59,303 bases of DNA, filler included, from Sphacelaria rigidula (GCA_964200075.2; 10 parts of 10 records of this genome joined end to end with filler, not necessarily neighbours in it), one strand, 5' to 3'. Numbered from the whole stretch's first letter, positions 24,573 through 38,633 are shown. Numbers and translations: made by a program. The notes: generated from the letters alone by a model not told the origin.

Positions 24573-27500
24573 CTGATGGATTGACGTGATCGCATGATAG
24601 AGGTACCCGGGACAAAACCAAACTGAACACTCGCCGAAGGAAAAAGAAAGAAACAGAAAAGGTAGAATAGAGAAACATAGTAGACTATGACATGAAAAAG
24701 AAAAGAAATTAATCAAAAGCCAAGAAAAAAAAAATTGCCGGCTTCTACTACATGGCTACAGCGGAAAAGGTCTTGCGCAGAACCGCGTTCATACGAAATA
24801 GTAGAAAACGAAAGGCCGTGGAAAAGGAAAATATTGCGGCCCTCATCTACTGCGACTGCTCTATTGAGGGTATGGAAGCTCTTATCCATGAACAAATTCA
24901 ATGAAGCGAAGTACCACACTGCTCTGGCATACACCATACATCGGCAGAAAAGAACACATTTATACATTGAGGAAGACGGGGAGAAGGGAGAACAGAGGAG
25001 ACTTCAGAAGTGGTGGAACCCCAAGAATTCAGGGCAACAGCGTAGGTACAGACATACACCAGGGGGCACCGCAAAGCCGCCGACCAAGGACACAATCAAC
25101 AACCGATATTAGCAGACACATGATTCTTCGATTGGTGGCCCTCGACGCAGCAGCCTTTTGTTTGTGACGGCGGTCTGATTTTCGTTTGTTCTCAGGTCGC
25201 CACAGGTCCTCAAACTCTTCCGCTCCTTTTTCGACTCCAATATGCCATTTTTCCGAGTTCTTCGCCGCAGTGGCCCAATCGTATGCATCGTTGACCTTTA
25301 TACCGTAGACGAACTATTTCCGTTGTGCTGCTTTGTGCGGGACACTCCCTAGTGCACGTAGGTTCTCCTCCTGGAGGCTTTCCTCCAGTCGCTTGGATCG
25401 GCGGCCAGCCTCCTTGCGGGCCGTCGTGCGGTTAAACATCCGTTCATGATACGTTTAGGGAGGCGTGTTTCCTTCTGCCGGACAAGGGCTCCCGCGAACC
25501 AGAGTTGACGCTCGCGGATAGTCGTGTCGATACGTTCGCAGTTGGTCATCTCGAGCACCGCTCTGTACGAAAGGTTTTTGTAGCCATTTTGATCTTTCCC
25601 GCGGAGTCCAACTACTCGCAGCAAGAGCTCATGATGGTCAGTTCGCAGACTGTCGAATCCTCAGAACGTAGCGTCCACGTGGCACAAACGTACAACAGAG
25701 TTTCTACCACCTCCGCTTTGTGCAGCCGGGCTTTCAAGGATAGCTGGGCGTTGGGTCGATCGTAGAGTTGGGAGCTACATTTTTCGCGCCCACGCTGGGC
25801 TGATGCGGCGGTTGATATCGATGGGTATTTTTGCATCCGCGCTGATAGCACCAACAAGGTACACGAACTTCCCCGTCTGCTCACACCGTTGACCGGAAGC
25901 TTTGATGTGCAGGGCGGCCTCTGTGGGACTGGGTACGGACCAACGACGCATCGACTCTGCCTTGCTCTTGGAGACCGTCAGGCCGAATTCCTAGCAAGTC
26001 ATCACTATCACGGCCATCATTCGAGCGAGGCCGTCTGAGGTCCTCGAGACTGTGCCGGCGTCGTCCGCATGAAGCATTGCCCGCACCGCGCGTCGCGCCT
26101 TTTACAGCGACATGTCTTCCAGGGGTTTAACACCGTCAAGGTTTGGCGCACCATCTGGAAAGACCAAGTCTGAGACGATGACTGGATCCGCCGCGAACCG
26201 CTGAACGATCACGTCGACCAAGGCTGCCCCGAAGATGTTGAACAACAGCGGAGACGAGACACAACCTTGCCTGAGTCCCTGGCAGACGTGGACCAAAATC
26301 TAGTTGTACCCGCACTCGCATGCCGTCGTAAAATATACGGATGCTCGTAATCATTCGCGGTGGGACCCCGAACTGAGCAAGCACTCCCCACCGGAGCGTG
26401 CGGTCTACGGAATCGTAGGCGTTCTGCAGACCGATAGAACACACATTTAGCAGGACGTTGCTCGCCCATATCAACTCCTGAAGTCGGCGTACGACGAACA
26501 TCATGTCTAAATCCACACTGCTCTTCTGGGAAGACATCTGTTTCCTCACAGAACTCACCGAGCCTGTTGGATACGATTTTCAGGAGAACTTTAGCAGCAT
26601 GTGCCACAAGCGGAATAACCACACTCGGTCCTATCCTTTTTTTTGCGCTACACTTTGATAGTGACATCTTTACATTCCCGCGGCACCTGGCCAGATGTCC
26701 CAACCGCAGAGACGATGCCGTGGAAGTGATACAGAATCTCCGAGGCCTCCCCGTTCAGTCCAAGCTTCAGAATTTCAGCAGGAATACCATCCGGACCCAT
26801 CGCTTTGCCGTTCGGCATAGTTCTCAGAGTCTCCTCAGTCTCGCTTGGGCTCGGCGGTTCTCCCAGTGACAGTGCTCTCGGTCGTTAGCAATCTTCTCGA
26901 TGATGGTGCGGTCGATAGCTACCGACATGGCGCTCAGCAATGTGAAGAAGTATCGTTCCCATCTCTCACTACTCAAACCTCTGTCCCGCAGTATATCGCC
27001 GTCCTCATCTCGAATGTACTGCTCACCCTCGATTTAGTCATCCAGACAGTCTCCACCCTCCGTTGAGATATCTGTACCATCCTCCTATGTCCCCCACTCC
27101 AGTACATTTTACTCCTCCAACTCTCTAGGATACACATCCATATATTTGTTTACCCCAACTTGGATAACCTCTTTCACCTTATTGCCCGCTGCTCGCAATG
27201 TGCGCCATGCGGATTCATGTCGTGATGGTCCCAGCCGCACCGTCGATCTCGCCCTTTTCCTCTCATTTCAGACCTGTTTGAACTCCGTTCGGATGGCAGA
27301 ATCCTCGAACCACCCCGGTATACGTGGCTTTCGGGTCAGACGGGGGACCATATTTTCAGCGGCACTCAAGAGTGCATGGAAAGATCGCAGCCAGTGAACC
27401 AGCTGTATCGCCATGTATACTCTGTATAAGTTCGCTGATGATGATGAGCGGAGTGAGTTGCTCACGCCCTGTCGGTGTCAGATATTATTGCCCGTCTGTC

Positions 27501-27975
27501 GATCGGTGTACGCCAGATTGCGATTCGTCTAGGTCTGTTGTGTGCGAAGCGACCAGGGAGCCGCACCGAGGCGCACGCGACGCTGTGGTCAGAGTCCGGC
27601 GAGTTGGGGGTTGAAGGTGGACGGCGATATTGGAAACAAGCCTGCGATGATTTTGCTGTGTGATGATGTAGTCAATGCGCTTTTGTCCGCGGAGGAATTC
27701 GCAGTACCGTTGAACGTATGCGAGGTACTGCCCTTGGGGGTGGAAAAAAACGTTCTGACCAGGGCAAGTCTGTTGTTGCCTACAAATGAGAGTAGAAAGG
27801 TGCCGTTACTGTCGTTGGATCGGCAGCACACCATCATTAGCATTCCAATATGCTCGAAAAGTCTTGGTTTTTTTGCATCGTGAGGTCCTAACCCATATTC
27901 TTCGGTGGTAGCTTCTAATTTAGGAGTCCCTCGACGAGAAACATCCTCGACCAAACTTGGAACCCCTACCGTGGC
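24573..27975 (-). mobile_element. Decayed RTE-clade LINE (partial APE, RT, 3' UTR), 5' truncated
   Basis: Frameshifted motifs [65 protein letters not shown]...RLPKRIM; APE remnant FFSTPKGSTSHTFN; TCAATCCATCA tail at ~24573-24583. Confidence 0.9.
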
Positions 27976-29777
27976 GTGACTCAAGTTTATTATAATCCAC
28001 GTTTTGATTTTCCCTCGTTTTTGGTTTGTCTTATTTTGCCTTTGTTCTTGTCTCCCCCACTGCTGTGTATACCATCGGTATCTCGCTCCTGTGGGGCTCG
28101 TGGGGGAGAGATCCTGCCCACACTGTGTGGTCCCAAGGAAGCTGAGTCGTCGCAACCTGCTTCCACGGCCTTCTACCTTTTGTTTTGTTTTTGTGCGATC
28201 GCCTAACCGGAAGCCTTGCGGCAGGCGCCTCACGATTTGTTTCTCGTCCTACTTGATAGTGTTTGTTCTCCTCTTTTTTCCCCACGTTTCCCCTTGGATG
28301 AGTTTCTCGAGCGAGTGGTCCGTTTTTGACCGTGTGTGCGTTTATCTCGTGATCGCGGCTGCATCCGTAGCGGACCAATGAATACGAGACCGTCTGTCAG
28401 CCGCTCGAATCGCCGCCAGCGGACGGCGGTGTGGACACCTTTGCGTCAAGGTACAGGGTAGCGCTCGACAAGTACGGAGAAGTGCAGCCGATGCGTGGAG
28501 TCTTTGAGCAGACCGCACAATATTCGAATTGACTTCAACTCAGAGATAATACGCAGCAATCTCGTGGTGCAGACTAAACACTAACCCACCGACCGGGGGA
28601 ATATTGCAGCAAATAGACTACAGCATATTTGGATTGATCTCAACTTCCGGGGATAATACACAATAATTACGTGATATGCGCAAACCATAATATTGCACTG
28701 GATAGCAGAACCAAAAGATTAAAAAAAAATGCAGGACAAACGAGTGGTGCCACGGTAGGGTTACACTAAATATTTATCAGGTTTGACCTGTGTGGAGCCG
28801 TTTATGCCATCCAACACACGGCTTATGGATGTGTGACAACACGCCACAATCAGTCTTTCAATGGGCTGGGGAGATCTCGTATGGATTTTAAAACAAGAAT
28901 GTCCTGACCCATATTCTTGTGTGCTCCTAGCTTCAAGAGCCCCTCAGTGAGAAACATCTGGGCCCTAATGTGCAGCCCTTACCATAGCATGGCTCAGGAA
29001 CGATTTTGACTGACAAGTACTAAATTGTATTCTACGTGCCAAAGGTCACCACAGTCAGTACCGTGGGGCAAACCCAAGGATCATGTCGGCACCCCGCGTG
29101 TGACCTCTCCGTGGCCCTGTCGAATATTCGGCTAGATCGACCTCAGTACGTACGACCAGGAATAAATGCATCGTCGGAGTCTACTGCCCTGGTCGTAGGC
29201 AACAACAACGTTTTCGTGAGATTGAGAGTAGAGCGTTGATTGAGAGTAGGTTTTATCACTCGCTTGAACTCGATCAACTCTATTAGTTTGGCGAGGATAG
29301 GATCACATACATGGTAATTTAAACTCACAGGTTGAATGATCGTGAGGCAAGACCTGAAAAAATATTCACCATTGTAATATTTACCATTGTGTCCCAGTCC
29401 ATATCCTCCGCGACACCACGTGGTACATCCGAAGCAAGACGTGATGCATGCAACTCCGATATTAAAACAGGAAATCGTGCCCGTGGCGGTTCTTCATTGA
29501 CCTATAGAGTAGGGCAACACCTGCTAAATTTCAACAAAAAACAACAAATTGTGAGAATTGAGGTTTAACTTCGAGATGAGGCTCAAGCCTAAAACAGTGC
29601 TTTCNNNNNNNNNNNNNNNNNNNNNNNNNNNNNNNNNNNNNNNNNNNNTTAATTAATTAANNNNNNNNNNNNNNNNNNNNNNNNNNNNNNNNNNNNNNNN
29701 NNNNAAGATGCCCAGTACCAATGTACCGGGCAGATATCGGAACGGCTTTTAATGTGAAGACAACAACAACAACAACA

Positions 29778-31035
29778 ACCCTAGCACAGCCCGGACATGG
29801 GCTTTAAATAGAGAAGCTAATCCCGCGTTTTCTTTAACGTACCATACCACAGCCCGGACATGGACATTAAATGAGAAGCTATCCCTCCCTTCTCTGTAAC
29901 CTACCATGACACAGCCCGGAAAGAGACATGACACAGAGAAGCTAACCCCGATTTTTCGCTAACCTACCATAACATAGCCCGGACGTATGAATGAAGAAGC
30001 TAACCCTGCTTTTTCGCTAACCTACCATAACACAGCCCGGACATAGACATGAAATAGAGAAGCTAGCGCTGCTTTTTCTCTAACCTGCCACGACACAGCC
30101 CGGACATGAACATGAAATAGAGAAGCTAGCCCTGCTTTTTTCAACCTACAGTAGTGGGCGATCTAATTATTTATAGGTGTTTTGGGCATTTTTTCGCGTA
30201 CTAATCTTCGATAGAACTCGAAATTGCTAGCGTCGATAGATTTTGGTACAATAAACAGATCGTCATCGTAACACAGTGCCCAAGTCAGTGCCAGTTGGTT
30301 TATCGGACGAAACAAGTAAAAATCCCGTGTATCAGGAAGGTGTTATTGACCGTGAAACACAGTTTTTCGGCCCTAGTGCAATAAGTAGGCAAAATTTCCG
30401 AAGAATAAAACTGCACATTTCTTCACAAATATGATCGAGACAGGCTCGATCGACCGAAAAAACAGAAAAGTAGGAATCTGGGTTGAAACGTGGCAGGACC
30501 CCCGATGACCGGTCAGCCCGTAAGTCACTCAATGTTGAGCACGGATGTTTTTCTCTTCTTGGAATGTGGAGCGGATATAAATATCTTCAGATCCCCGATG
30601 TGATGAGTGATAGCAAGCGAGAAGAGTCCGAGAAAATCGCCAGTTACGAAAAAATCACAAAATGCCACAAAATGAATAGTAGACCGCCCACTACTGTACC
30701 ATAACACAGCCGGGACAGACATGAAATAGAGCAGCTGACCCTGCTTTTTCTCTAACCTACCATAGCACAGCCCGGACGTATGAATGAAGAAGCTAACCCT
30801 GCTTTTCCTCTAACCGACCATAACACAGCGCGGACATGGACATAGAATAACGAAGCGAACCATCCTTTTTCTTTAACCTGCCATAACACAGACATAGACA
30901 TGAAATAGAGAGGCTAGCCCTGCTTTTTCTATAACCTACCATTATACCGCCCGGATATAGACATGACATGAAGGAACGAATCATATTTTTGCTTGAACCT
31001 ACCATAACACAGCCTGGACACAGACGTAAAATAGC
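29778..31035. repeat. Minisatellite with ~55-63-bp unit AACCTACCATAACACAGCCCGGACATAGACATGAAATAGAGAAGCTAACCCTGCTTTT, interrupted by a MITE
   Basis: About a dozen degenerate tandem units at 29778-30148 and 30697-31035. Confidence 0.9.
30149..30696. mobile_element. Tc1/mariner-type non-autonomous element (548 bp), TA TSD
   Basis: TA|CAGTAGTGGGCGATCTA...TAGACCGCCCACTACTG|TA; removal restores the minisatellite unit AACCTACCATAAC. Confidence 0.9.
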
Positions 31036-32400
31036 TAGAAAAACAGATTTACGTTTCTCATATCATGACGGGAAATAACCGAGATTATTCCCCCCATATC
31101 GTAACGAAGGTGAGACAAGAATAAAACCAAAACCTGGAAAAATAAGTAACAGCGTGAAGGTCAACCACCTTGCATGCAAATGAAGAACACAAAATACGTA
31201 ATAACTACCGATGGGATAGGGTCATCACTCCCTCCGTGTCAATTCACATGGAGGTTGGGGTCTCGTGGTGAGATACCCGTAAAACCTTACCGGTTTCCAG
31301 TAGGCCGTGGAAATCCGGTCAGCCATTTTCCCGAAATTTCCGACATGGGGTGCAAAAGGCGCCCAATGAAGGGAAGGGATGGATAATGCATGGCATAAAT
31401 GCCAAGACCTGCTGCACTCATGAAACCAACGCCTTACCAATGACCGACCACATGACCTACGGGAACGAGCACCAAGCGGTACGTAGATTTTTTGAGATCT
31501 TGAAGGATACAAGCTGATGCAAAGTGTGAGGGAATAGTTGGCCAAGCTTTCGGCAGCAAAGGTCTACTCGGAAGCGTTAGAAGAGTAGCGACCCATGGTG
31601 AATCGTACACGGAGTGGGAAGAGTGATGTGTGGGACATCCCGATGGGAGTAAGACCTTGTGTTATGCAAGCCGTCCTTGAATCTTACACGGTGAAAATGA
31701 CGTCCCTGGAGGAAAGTAAGCAGTACAGCAGCGGGACAAGAAGATAGAAGATACGATCGTGGGACACCTCGATGGTTTACCATGAAGATCGCTTGGCACA
31801 AACGTGAGGCACTTGTGTCAAAGGTGTTGAACTTGGCTCCAGGCTACGAGTCCGTGTTGGAGGCATTATTCATTTTGTCGGTCAGCCAGCAAAAAAACTG
31901 AAATACACCAAATCCGCAACGAGTACTAGGATTGGGATGTCGCAGTACGTTGACTACTTTTCACCAATACACTCGAAACAAACGAGCTGGAGGTTATCTC
32001 GAGAGAGATTCAGAGAGAGAGACGGTAAGGAAGGGCGGATGGAAAAGTGAAGAATGGACGGGTAAGGTACTAGTAATGCTGGTATTCGGAATTCGTAGCG
32101 ATATGACGAGCATAGACACTTCCGAGTCACGCTTAAACAGAGCGCGAGCAAGGAGTGAGAAAGGAGAGAGACAAGTAGGGTGACGGCATGGGTGAGAAAG
32201 GTAGGATGGAGAGTATGCATAGCTACTGGAAAAACAAAGCTAGGACGTAGTCCACGGGTAAACGGAGGGGGAGAAAGACAGGAACAGCTGAGTGCCCGGA
32301 AGGGAAAGGGTCATAGCGGCCCGGAGGGAATAGACAACGACTGTCCCAGGACCGGGACAAGCATCAAGCAAGTGAAAGTAGAAGTGAGAGACATGGAGAA

Positions 32401-33365
32401 ATGACAGTACACATCAGGAGAGCAGATAATAATGATTCGGAAAGGAAGTTGAGAATAGGATCGTGGAGCGTGTGTGGGTTCGTCACAGACGAACGCAAAA
32501 GAATAGAAATGATCGACAGACAAAAAGTAGGTAAACGCGGCCGAGATATTGTAGGAATCCAAGAGTCACGGGAGAAAGAGGAGACAGATATAGGATGAAA
32601 AGTTGGAGAGTACGCATGCATAGGGAAGAAGTGGAATGGACAGATCCCCAACAGCAAGGGAGCGGGGGGAGTAGGATTCATAGTCAAGGAATACCCGTGT
32701 GGGATTGTACAAGTGATCGACGAGACGAAATTCGACGAGAGCATATGGATAAGGGTACCAGGAGAGTGGGGAACGAAGAACTTCTTCGTAGGGAACATCT
32801 ACACGCCCCCAGAATCGAAGACTGGGGTGAACGATAGGTTTGGAGAGATATGTGACGGTTTAAGAGACAACCAACTAGACTGCTGACCAGTCAGCGCTGA
32901 CTGGTCAGTAGTTTAGTTGGTTGTCTCTGCAGCAGATGTACAGAAGTATAAAAGGCAAGGAGAAGTAATAATGTTAGTGGAAAATTTTAATGCGAGGGTA
33001 GGAAGAGCAGGTCAACCGGATGATATCATTGGGCAATGCGGGGGAAATAAGAGGAACACGAATGGGGTGGGGTAACAATGCTCAAGTTCCTTGCGTACAA
33101 CATGACCCAGTGAGGAGAAACGGGCTCTGGAAGAAGGTGTGGGAAGCTGGGATAAGAGGAAAGATGTGGAAAATGGTGAAGAAGAGGACAGAATGTGCCA
33201 AAAGTGCCATGGTGCTAGACGGAAAAATTGCGAAATATTTATACAGTTTGCAAGGAGTTGCACAAGGATGCACGTTATCACCCACTTTGTTCAAGGTATT
33301 TATTCATGAGTTGATATTAGGAATAGAAGCAGCAAAGCAAGGGGTCAAGGTGGGTAAAGATACAA
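32401..33365 (+). mobile_element. Decayed APE-type LINE: endonuclease fused by internal deletion to an RT fragment
   Basis: LRIGSWSVCG, DIVGIQES, GAGGVGFIV, NIYTPP, NFNARVG, then RNGLWKKVWEAGIRGKMWKM and QGVAQGCTLSPTLFKVFI. Confidence 0.88.
32863..32928. repeat. Loopless palindrome (33-bp arms) inserted in the LINE ORF
   Basis: AGAGACAACCAACTAGACTGCTGACCAGTCAGC|GCTGACTGGTCAGTAGTTTAGTTGGTTGTCTCT, 2 mismatches. Confidence 0.92.
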
Positions 33366-33409
33366 ACAAGACCAGCGTTTTTCAGGATAAACAAGACTGC
33401 GCCCAAGTC

Positions 33410-35441
33410 ATATATTGCTTACTGCAGTTGTCCTATGACATCAACGGGCAATACCCCTCACACATGAACACAAAACTACCTGAGGCGATAGCTGGCCATA
33501 GCTTCTGTGGAGTAAGGTGGAAACATGCATCGAAAAATGGCGCTAGAAACCGACGCCATTCAGCTACTTATGTGGTCAGTTGTAGGTGGTGGTGGCTGCG
33601 ATTCAGATTGCATTTTAACAAGCGATATACATGGGTGGCCGCGATTCAGATGATATTGTGATCCTCAATAGACATTGGTGGGCGCAAGTTAGATCTTTTT
33701 CTGACCAATAATTCGTAATGGTGGCCGCGTGGCAGATCTTATTGTGATTGGCAATAGACATTGGTGGCCGCGATTCAGATGATATTGTGACCCTCAACAG
33801 GCATCGGTGGACGCAATTCAGATCCTATTGTGACCAACAATCTGTACTTGTGGCCGTGTGGCAGATCTTATTGTGATGAAACACGCGATCTTACAAATTG
33901 GGGATGGATGTTTTTTTTGGGATGAGAAATCCGGAGAATTAAAATCTTCGTATCCACACCAAATCTTCGAAATGGGGACATTTCCTCACCTACAGGTAGT
34001 TATTGACAACTGCTACACGCCGTAGAAATTTGGATTTCGAACACCGAGATGTTGGGGTCCTAGGTGAAGAAACAAATTCGGAACCATTTTGGCGTCCGTT
34101 CGGACACCCGAAATTCCCCCAAATTGTTTTTTCACCTAGGACCCCAACATTTCGGTGATCGAAATCCATATTCCTATGGCGCGTAGCAGTTGCCAATAGC
34201 TATCAGTAGGTGAATAAATGGAGCCATATTTCGAAGATCTGGTGCGGACACAAAGATTTTAATTCTCCGGGTTTCTCATCCCCAATAAAAGATTCATCCT
34301 CAATTTGTAAGATCCCGTGTTGTTAGCAATACACATTGGTGGCCGCGATTCAGGTGATATTGTGACCCTCAATAGACACTGGTGGGCGCAATTTAGATCC
34401 TGTTACGATCAACAATTTGTATTGGTGGCCGCGTAGCAGATCTTATTGTGATTAGTAAAAGACATTGGTGGCCGCAATTCAGCGCCTATTGCAACAAATA
34501 AAATATATCGATAAACAACTTGGCCCCTCTATTGTCACGGCAATGATACATTCTGTCTCGTGTCCCGAAGCTTTTGTCGCGTACAATAGCTATCGGTAGA
34601 CGTTGATGTCAGTCGATTATGACTGATAGTGAACATTGACAGTCAAATTTTCGGGGCTATTGCAGTGCCCATTTTCTATTACATAGTCTATTGTCCAGGG
34701 TATAAGCACATATCACCCACACAAGAGCACTATAAGCGCTCATGTCCACAAGAGGGACAACCAGACGTACCAATACCACACCAACAACGAGACTTGTAAA
34801 CTTTTGTCCACACATATTGCGGATTCCTACAGGGTACAAGCGTTCCAAAATTGTACAAACTTGACGTCGTATATTCACAAGTAGTATCATCATATACCCA
34901 CTGCATGTCCACCTGCGGCTTCTCTACCGTACTTCAACGGACTATACTATGCTTTATACGTGGTATGTTGCGATGTAGGTGTGGCAATAGACGGTGGAGA
35001 AGTCTGTCGGAAGGCATTGTATACCACAGTAGATTCTGGCATTAACATGTATCTATCGATATTCATTGCCGCCATGCATAGATTTTGTACGCAATCTATC
35101 AATAGCGATTGCGGTCATCAACAGATTTTGTACAATCTGTCAATAGCCGTCGTCGTCATCGATAGATTTGGCACGCGATCTATCATTAGGCATTACCGTC
35201 ATCAAGAGATTTGGAAACTATCGATCGATACATTTGGCCGACCGCAATAGATTTCGGTGTAGGGCCACAACAGGCTACTGCCCGGACAAAAGTGTGGGAA
35301 ACTGGTCTATCGATAGACATTGCCGACAATAATAGAAAGAGAAACTTGCCGATCGATGGCCATTAGGGACGGCAATATTGGCATCTACTGCAGCAGATTC
35401 TATTGCTATTGCAACATATGCCGTCTATTGTCCAGGGTGTG
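33410..35441 (-). mobile_element. Large non-autonomous TIR element (truncated copy of 56698-58865) with internal ~37-bp tandem repeats
   Basis: Colinear reverse complement of ~56698-58300; terminus ATTGTCCAGGGTGTG. Confidence 0.8.
33880..34321. mobile_element. Foldback MITE family A, nested
   Basis: Same TIRs as 19428-19882; flanks ATGA/GTTA fit a decayed ATTA TSD in the host repeat. Confidence 0.88.
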
Positions 35442-35713
35442 GCATACATGCGCGTAAGCGTGGCGGGCATCCGAGGTCATCGGGACAGAGCGGGCAAGGA
35501 GCAGAAGCAAATATACGAACCTTGCAAAGCCCTCCAGACTTTTCNNNNNNNNNNNNNNNNNNNNNNNNNNNNNNNNNNNNNNNNNNNNTTAATTAATTAA
35601 NNNNNNNNNNNNNNNNNNNNNNNNNNNNNNNNNNNNNNNNNNNNGGCCAGTGGATTCTGGAGAAGTCCCTCACTGAATAGCCCTCTTGTCCAGATCGTCT
35701 GGCAGAGGCTATA

Positions 35714-38437
35714 CTGTGCACAAATGCCCTCGAGCAGATTGTCCGTAAGAATGATAGCTTCGGTTGGTCAAGAAACATCCGAAAATATGGAGTGTAGCCT
35801 CCAATGCTCGTGTGCGGCAGACGGTTGATTAAAAAGACCGCAGCTGCAGAAATTTCTTCCCCAAGAAATTTCGGCAAATTCCATTTGTTCAGTAGGCAAG
35901 GTATAACGTTCAAGATACTCCGCCCGTCTCTTTCACTGATGCCATTCTGCTGAGGAGTGTATGGGCTGGTGAACTCTTGACTAATACCCGTAGTTTTGCA
36001 GTACCTCTTAAAATAGTCCGCGATATATTCACCCCCACGGTCTGACCGCAGGCGGTGTACACGGAGTCCTAAAGTAATAGCCAAATCTTGAATGAACCTG
36101 CAGAGCGTAGTTAGGGTCTCATCCTTCGTTTTGATGAAGTAGACTACCTTGAAACGCGTGAAGTAATCCGTAAATTTTGTCATGTAACGATAGCCCCCCT
36201 GCACCATAGGCGTGATCGGTCCTGTTAGGTCAGCGCTGACCAGTTGCAGTCGTTCCGAAATATTCGTGGAGTCGACAGTCTTGGGATAGTCCTGCTGTAC
36301 ACTTTTATTAAGTTTGCGCGTTACACAAGGTGACAGTGACCCCTCAAAGTTCACACCTGATTCAGGGGTATTCAGTAGACGGCGCATGACCTGCTCCGTG
36401 GGATATCCAAGTCGCCTATGCCAAGTGTCTGCTCCTGTCGTGGTCGACAAAGCTGTCAGGTCTGCTCCCGCCGTGGCAGATATGGCTGCTGAAACTCCCG
36501 GCATGTCGTGGTGAATGGCTCCTGCAACAACGGCTGTCCCGATGCCCATAGATTCTCCTGACATAATTGTAGCTGTAAATGCTGAGCTGTTATTGATACT
36601 ACTCGGTTTCCAAGAAACTTTTCACGCCGATGCACTGTAACGCTCCGTTGCTGCACTGTTGATGGGCACTTTAAATTTTCCAAGGTCGATGTGGGACTCG
36701 TGGGAAAATACAGTCGAAGCCCCCTCCACAAGAAGTTGCACAGGGGAGAACGGATGTTTCCCCAAACCTGGGAAAATCACGGCTGGGAGCCGAACAGATC
36801 GTTGGTGATCCTCAGAGTCAATGACCACGGTGTTCAGAACTCATTTTGCTGTAACATGCAGTAGATGACGTCCAGCTGTTAGAATCGTCTTCGGGGGATC
36901 AAGTTTGACAACCTCGACCATTTCATGTTCGATATTTGGCAGCAACTGATCATCCAGAAAGTGTCCAGTGCTACCGCTGTCCACTGTTAACTGAAAATAC
37001 ATATGATCAGATGTATCAGTGACATGTGAACCAGAAAGAAAAGAAAATCCCATACCGTTTGGTGGTGAAGATGAATCGATCACTGTCGAAGCTGTTGATA
37101 AAGAAGTTTGTAGGCCGGTATTGTTCGATGGTGCGGTTGTAGAAGCTGAATCGGCGACGGCTGTATTGGCTTGGCGTTGATGTCGGTCCGAGTTGTTGCT
37201 GCCGATGTTGCTGTTGTTGTTGCTCCTACTGTTGTTGTTGCTGCTGCTGTCGTGGTTGTTATTTCGATGGCGGGGGTTTCTACGACGATGATGGTTGTTG
37301 TTGTTTCCAGCGTTGTTGATCGCATTCCCGCTATTCTGTTGAGATCTGCACTCAGAATTGTCATGCTTGTCAGTGTGATGGAAACTGCACCATTTTACAG
37401 GCCTGTTCCCATGGCTTGACTGTATTATAGAACGACAGTCTCTCAAATGATGTCCTGGCCTCCCGTAGGTGTAGCAATTTCCACATAATTTCCGGGGTTG
37501 ATTCAAAGATTTCGACAGTGATGCCACGAGCAGTGATGAATCGCGGCCATGCGATTTTCCGGAGGTAATTCTTCGCGCCATGCGATTAGCATAAATATTT
37601 CGCTTTGTTGTTTCGATGCTCTGATCACTGGGATCTGTATCACGCTCCGCATCGTATTTGATGAGGTCATACTCGCTTGTTAAACCTTCCATCACGATAT
37701 CAGTCACCCTTTCTTCGGGAATGACCTCTCCAACGTTGTCCAGTTCGTCCCGAAGCTGATACACTTTGCTCAAGAAAGTATCAGGGCCTTGCCCTGGTGA
37801 CATAGTGACATTGTTGAGTTCTCTCATCAAGGTCCTGATTCTCTGCTTCGAAGAATTTTGATACTTGGAAATCAAAGCCTCCCATGCACGTTTGCCGTTC
37901 GGTCTCTCTGAACCCCTCTGCTGGAAACGACACAAATAACTCGCTGCAGGACCGGTCGTAGACAGGTATAAAACGTGGAACAATTAATTGTTGATGGCAC
38001 CTGTCCCACCTCTCTATCTCACGCGTGTTAAAAATCTGCCTCACATGTAACACCACGCTGGGAGAACGAAATTCTTGTGTAGAATTATGGTCTTCTTCTG
38101 TAGGTCCAGCCCCGTCCACCGCTGCTATTGTCTCGTCCCCCGCGGTTGCCTCCAGCGATGATAAATACAGTTGAACGGACGACTGCTGGCGGGCGGTTGG
38201 AGAACGAGTTCTAGCAGGGCTAGGTCTTGTGGCAGCTGGTTGTGGCAGGTGTACCTCAGAAAAATCTTCGAGAATTTCCGCGGGGCGTTCGACCCCGTTG
38301 AGGATATCCGCAATCCCCGGATGAGTGAAGGAAATGATAGCGCGCGTAGAGCGCATCTACTCGACGAGCTTTGTACCGTCGAACTTGTTGATGCTCTTGA
38401 TGAGCTGAGTCACAGATGACTCTCCCGTCATATTCAT
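35714..38437 (-). mobile_element. Ty1/Copia gag-protease-integrase (pseudogenised)
   Basis: ATG at 38437; AWEALISKY gag; zinc knuckles CYTYGRPGHHLRDC and CSFHHTDKHDNSEC; protease VDSGSTGH; WHRRLGY; integrase RLRSDRGGEY and PYTPQQNGISER, ending RAFVH; stops and frameshifts present. Confidence 0.95.
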
Positions 38438-38633
38438 CTACCTCACGCTACTAATAAAACTTTCTCTCCACACCTGCAGATCTTTTGGAAAGATCAGGGT
38501 TCTTGGACTCTTGGTTGTCGCTGCTGTGGCGACCTTGATGTGACACCTCCTTGCTCGTGCTGACCGATGTGGTCTCGAGCCGAGGGCTGATGACCTGAAC
38601 ACCTATGTGGTCGCGAATCGATAGCTCATAACC

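Noticed and set aside
29778..31035. CRISPR-like array
   Set aside because: Contiguous degenerate units with no unique spacers and no cas genes, in a eukaryotic context. The same applies to 10865-11070, 33620-34490 and 39890-39980
31170..31900. Possible coding remnant or LINE ORF1
   Set aside because: Multiple stops in the frames examined and no identifiable motif
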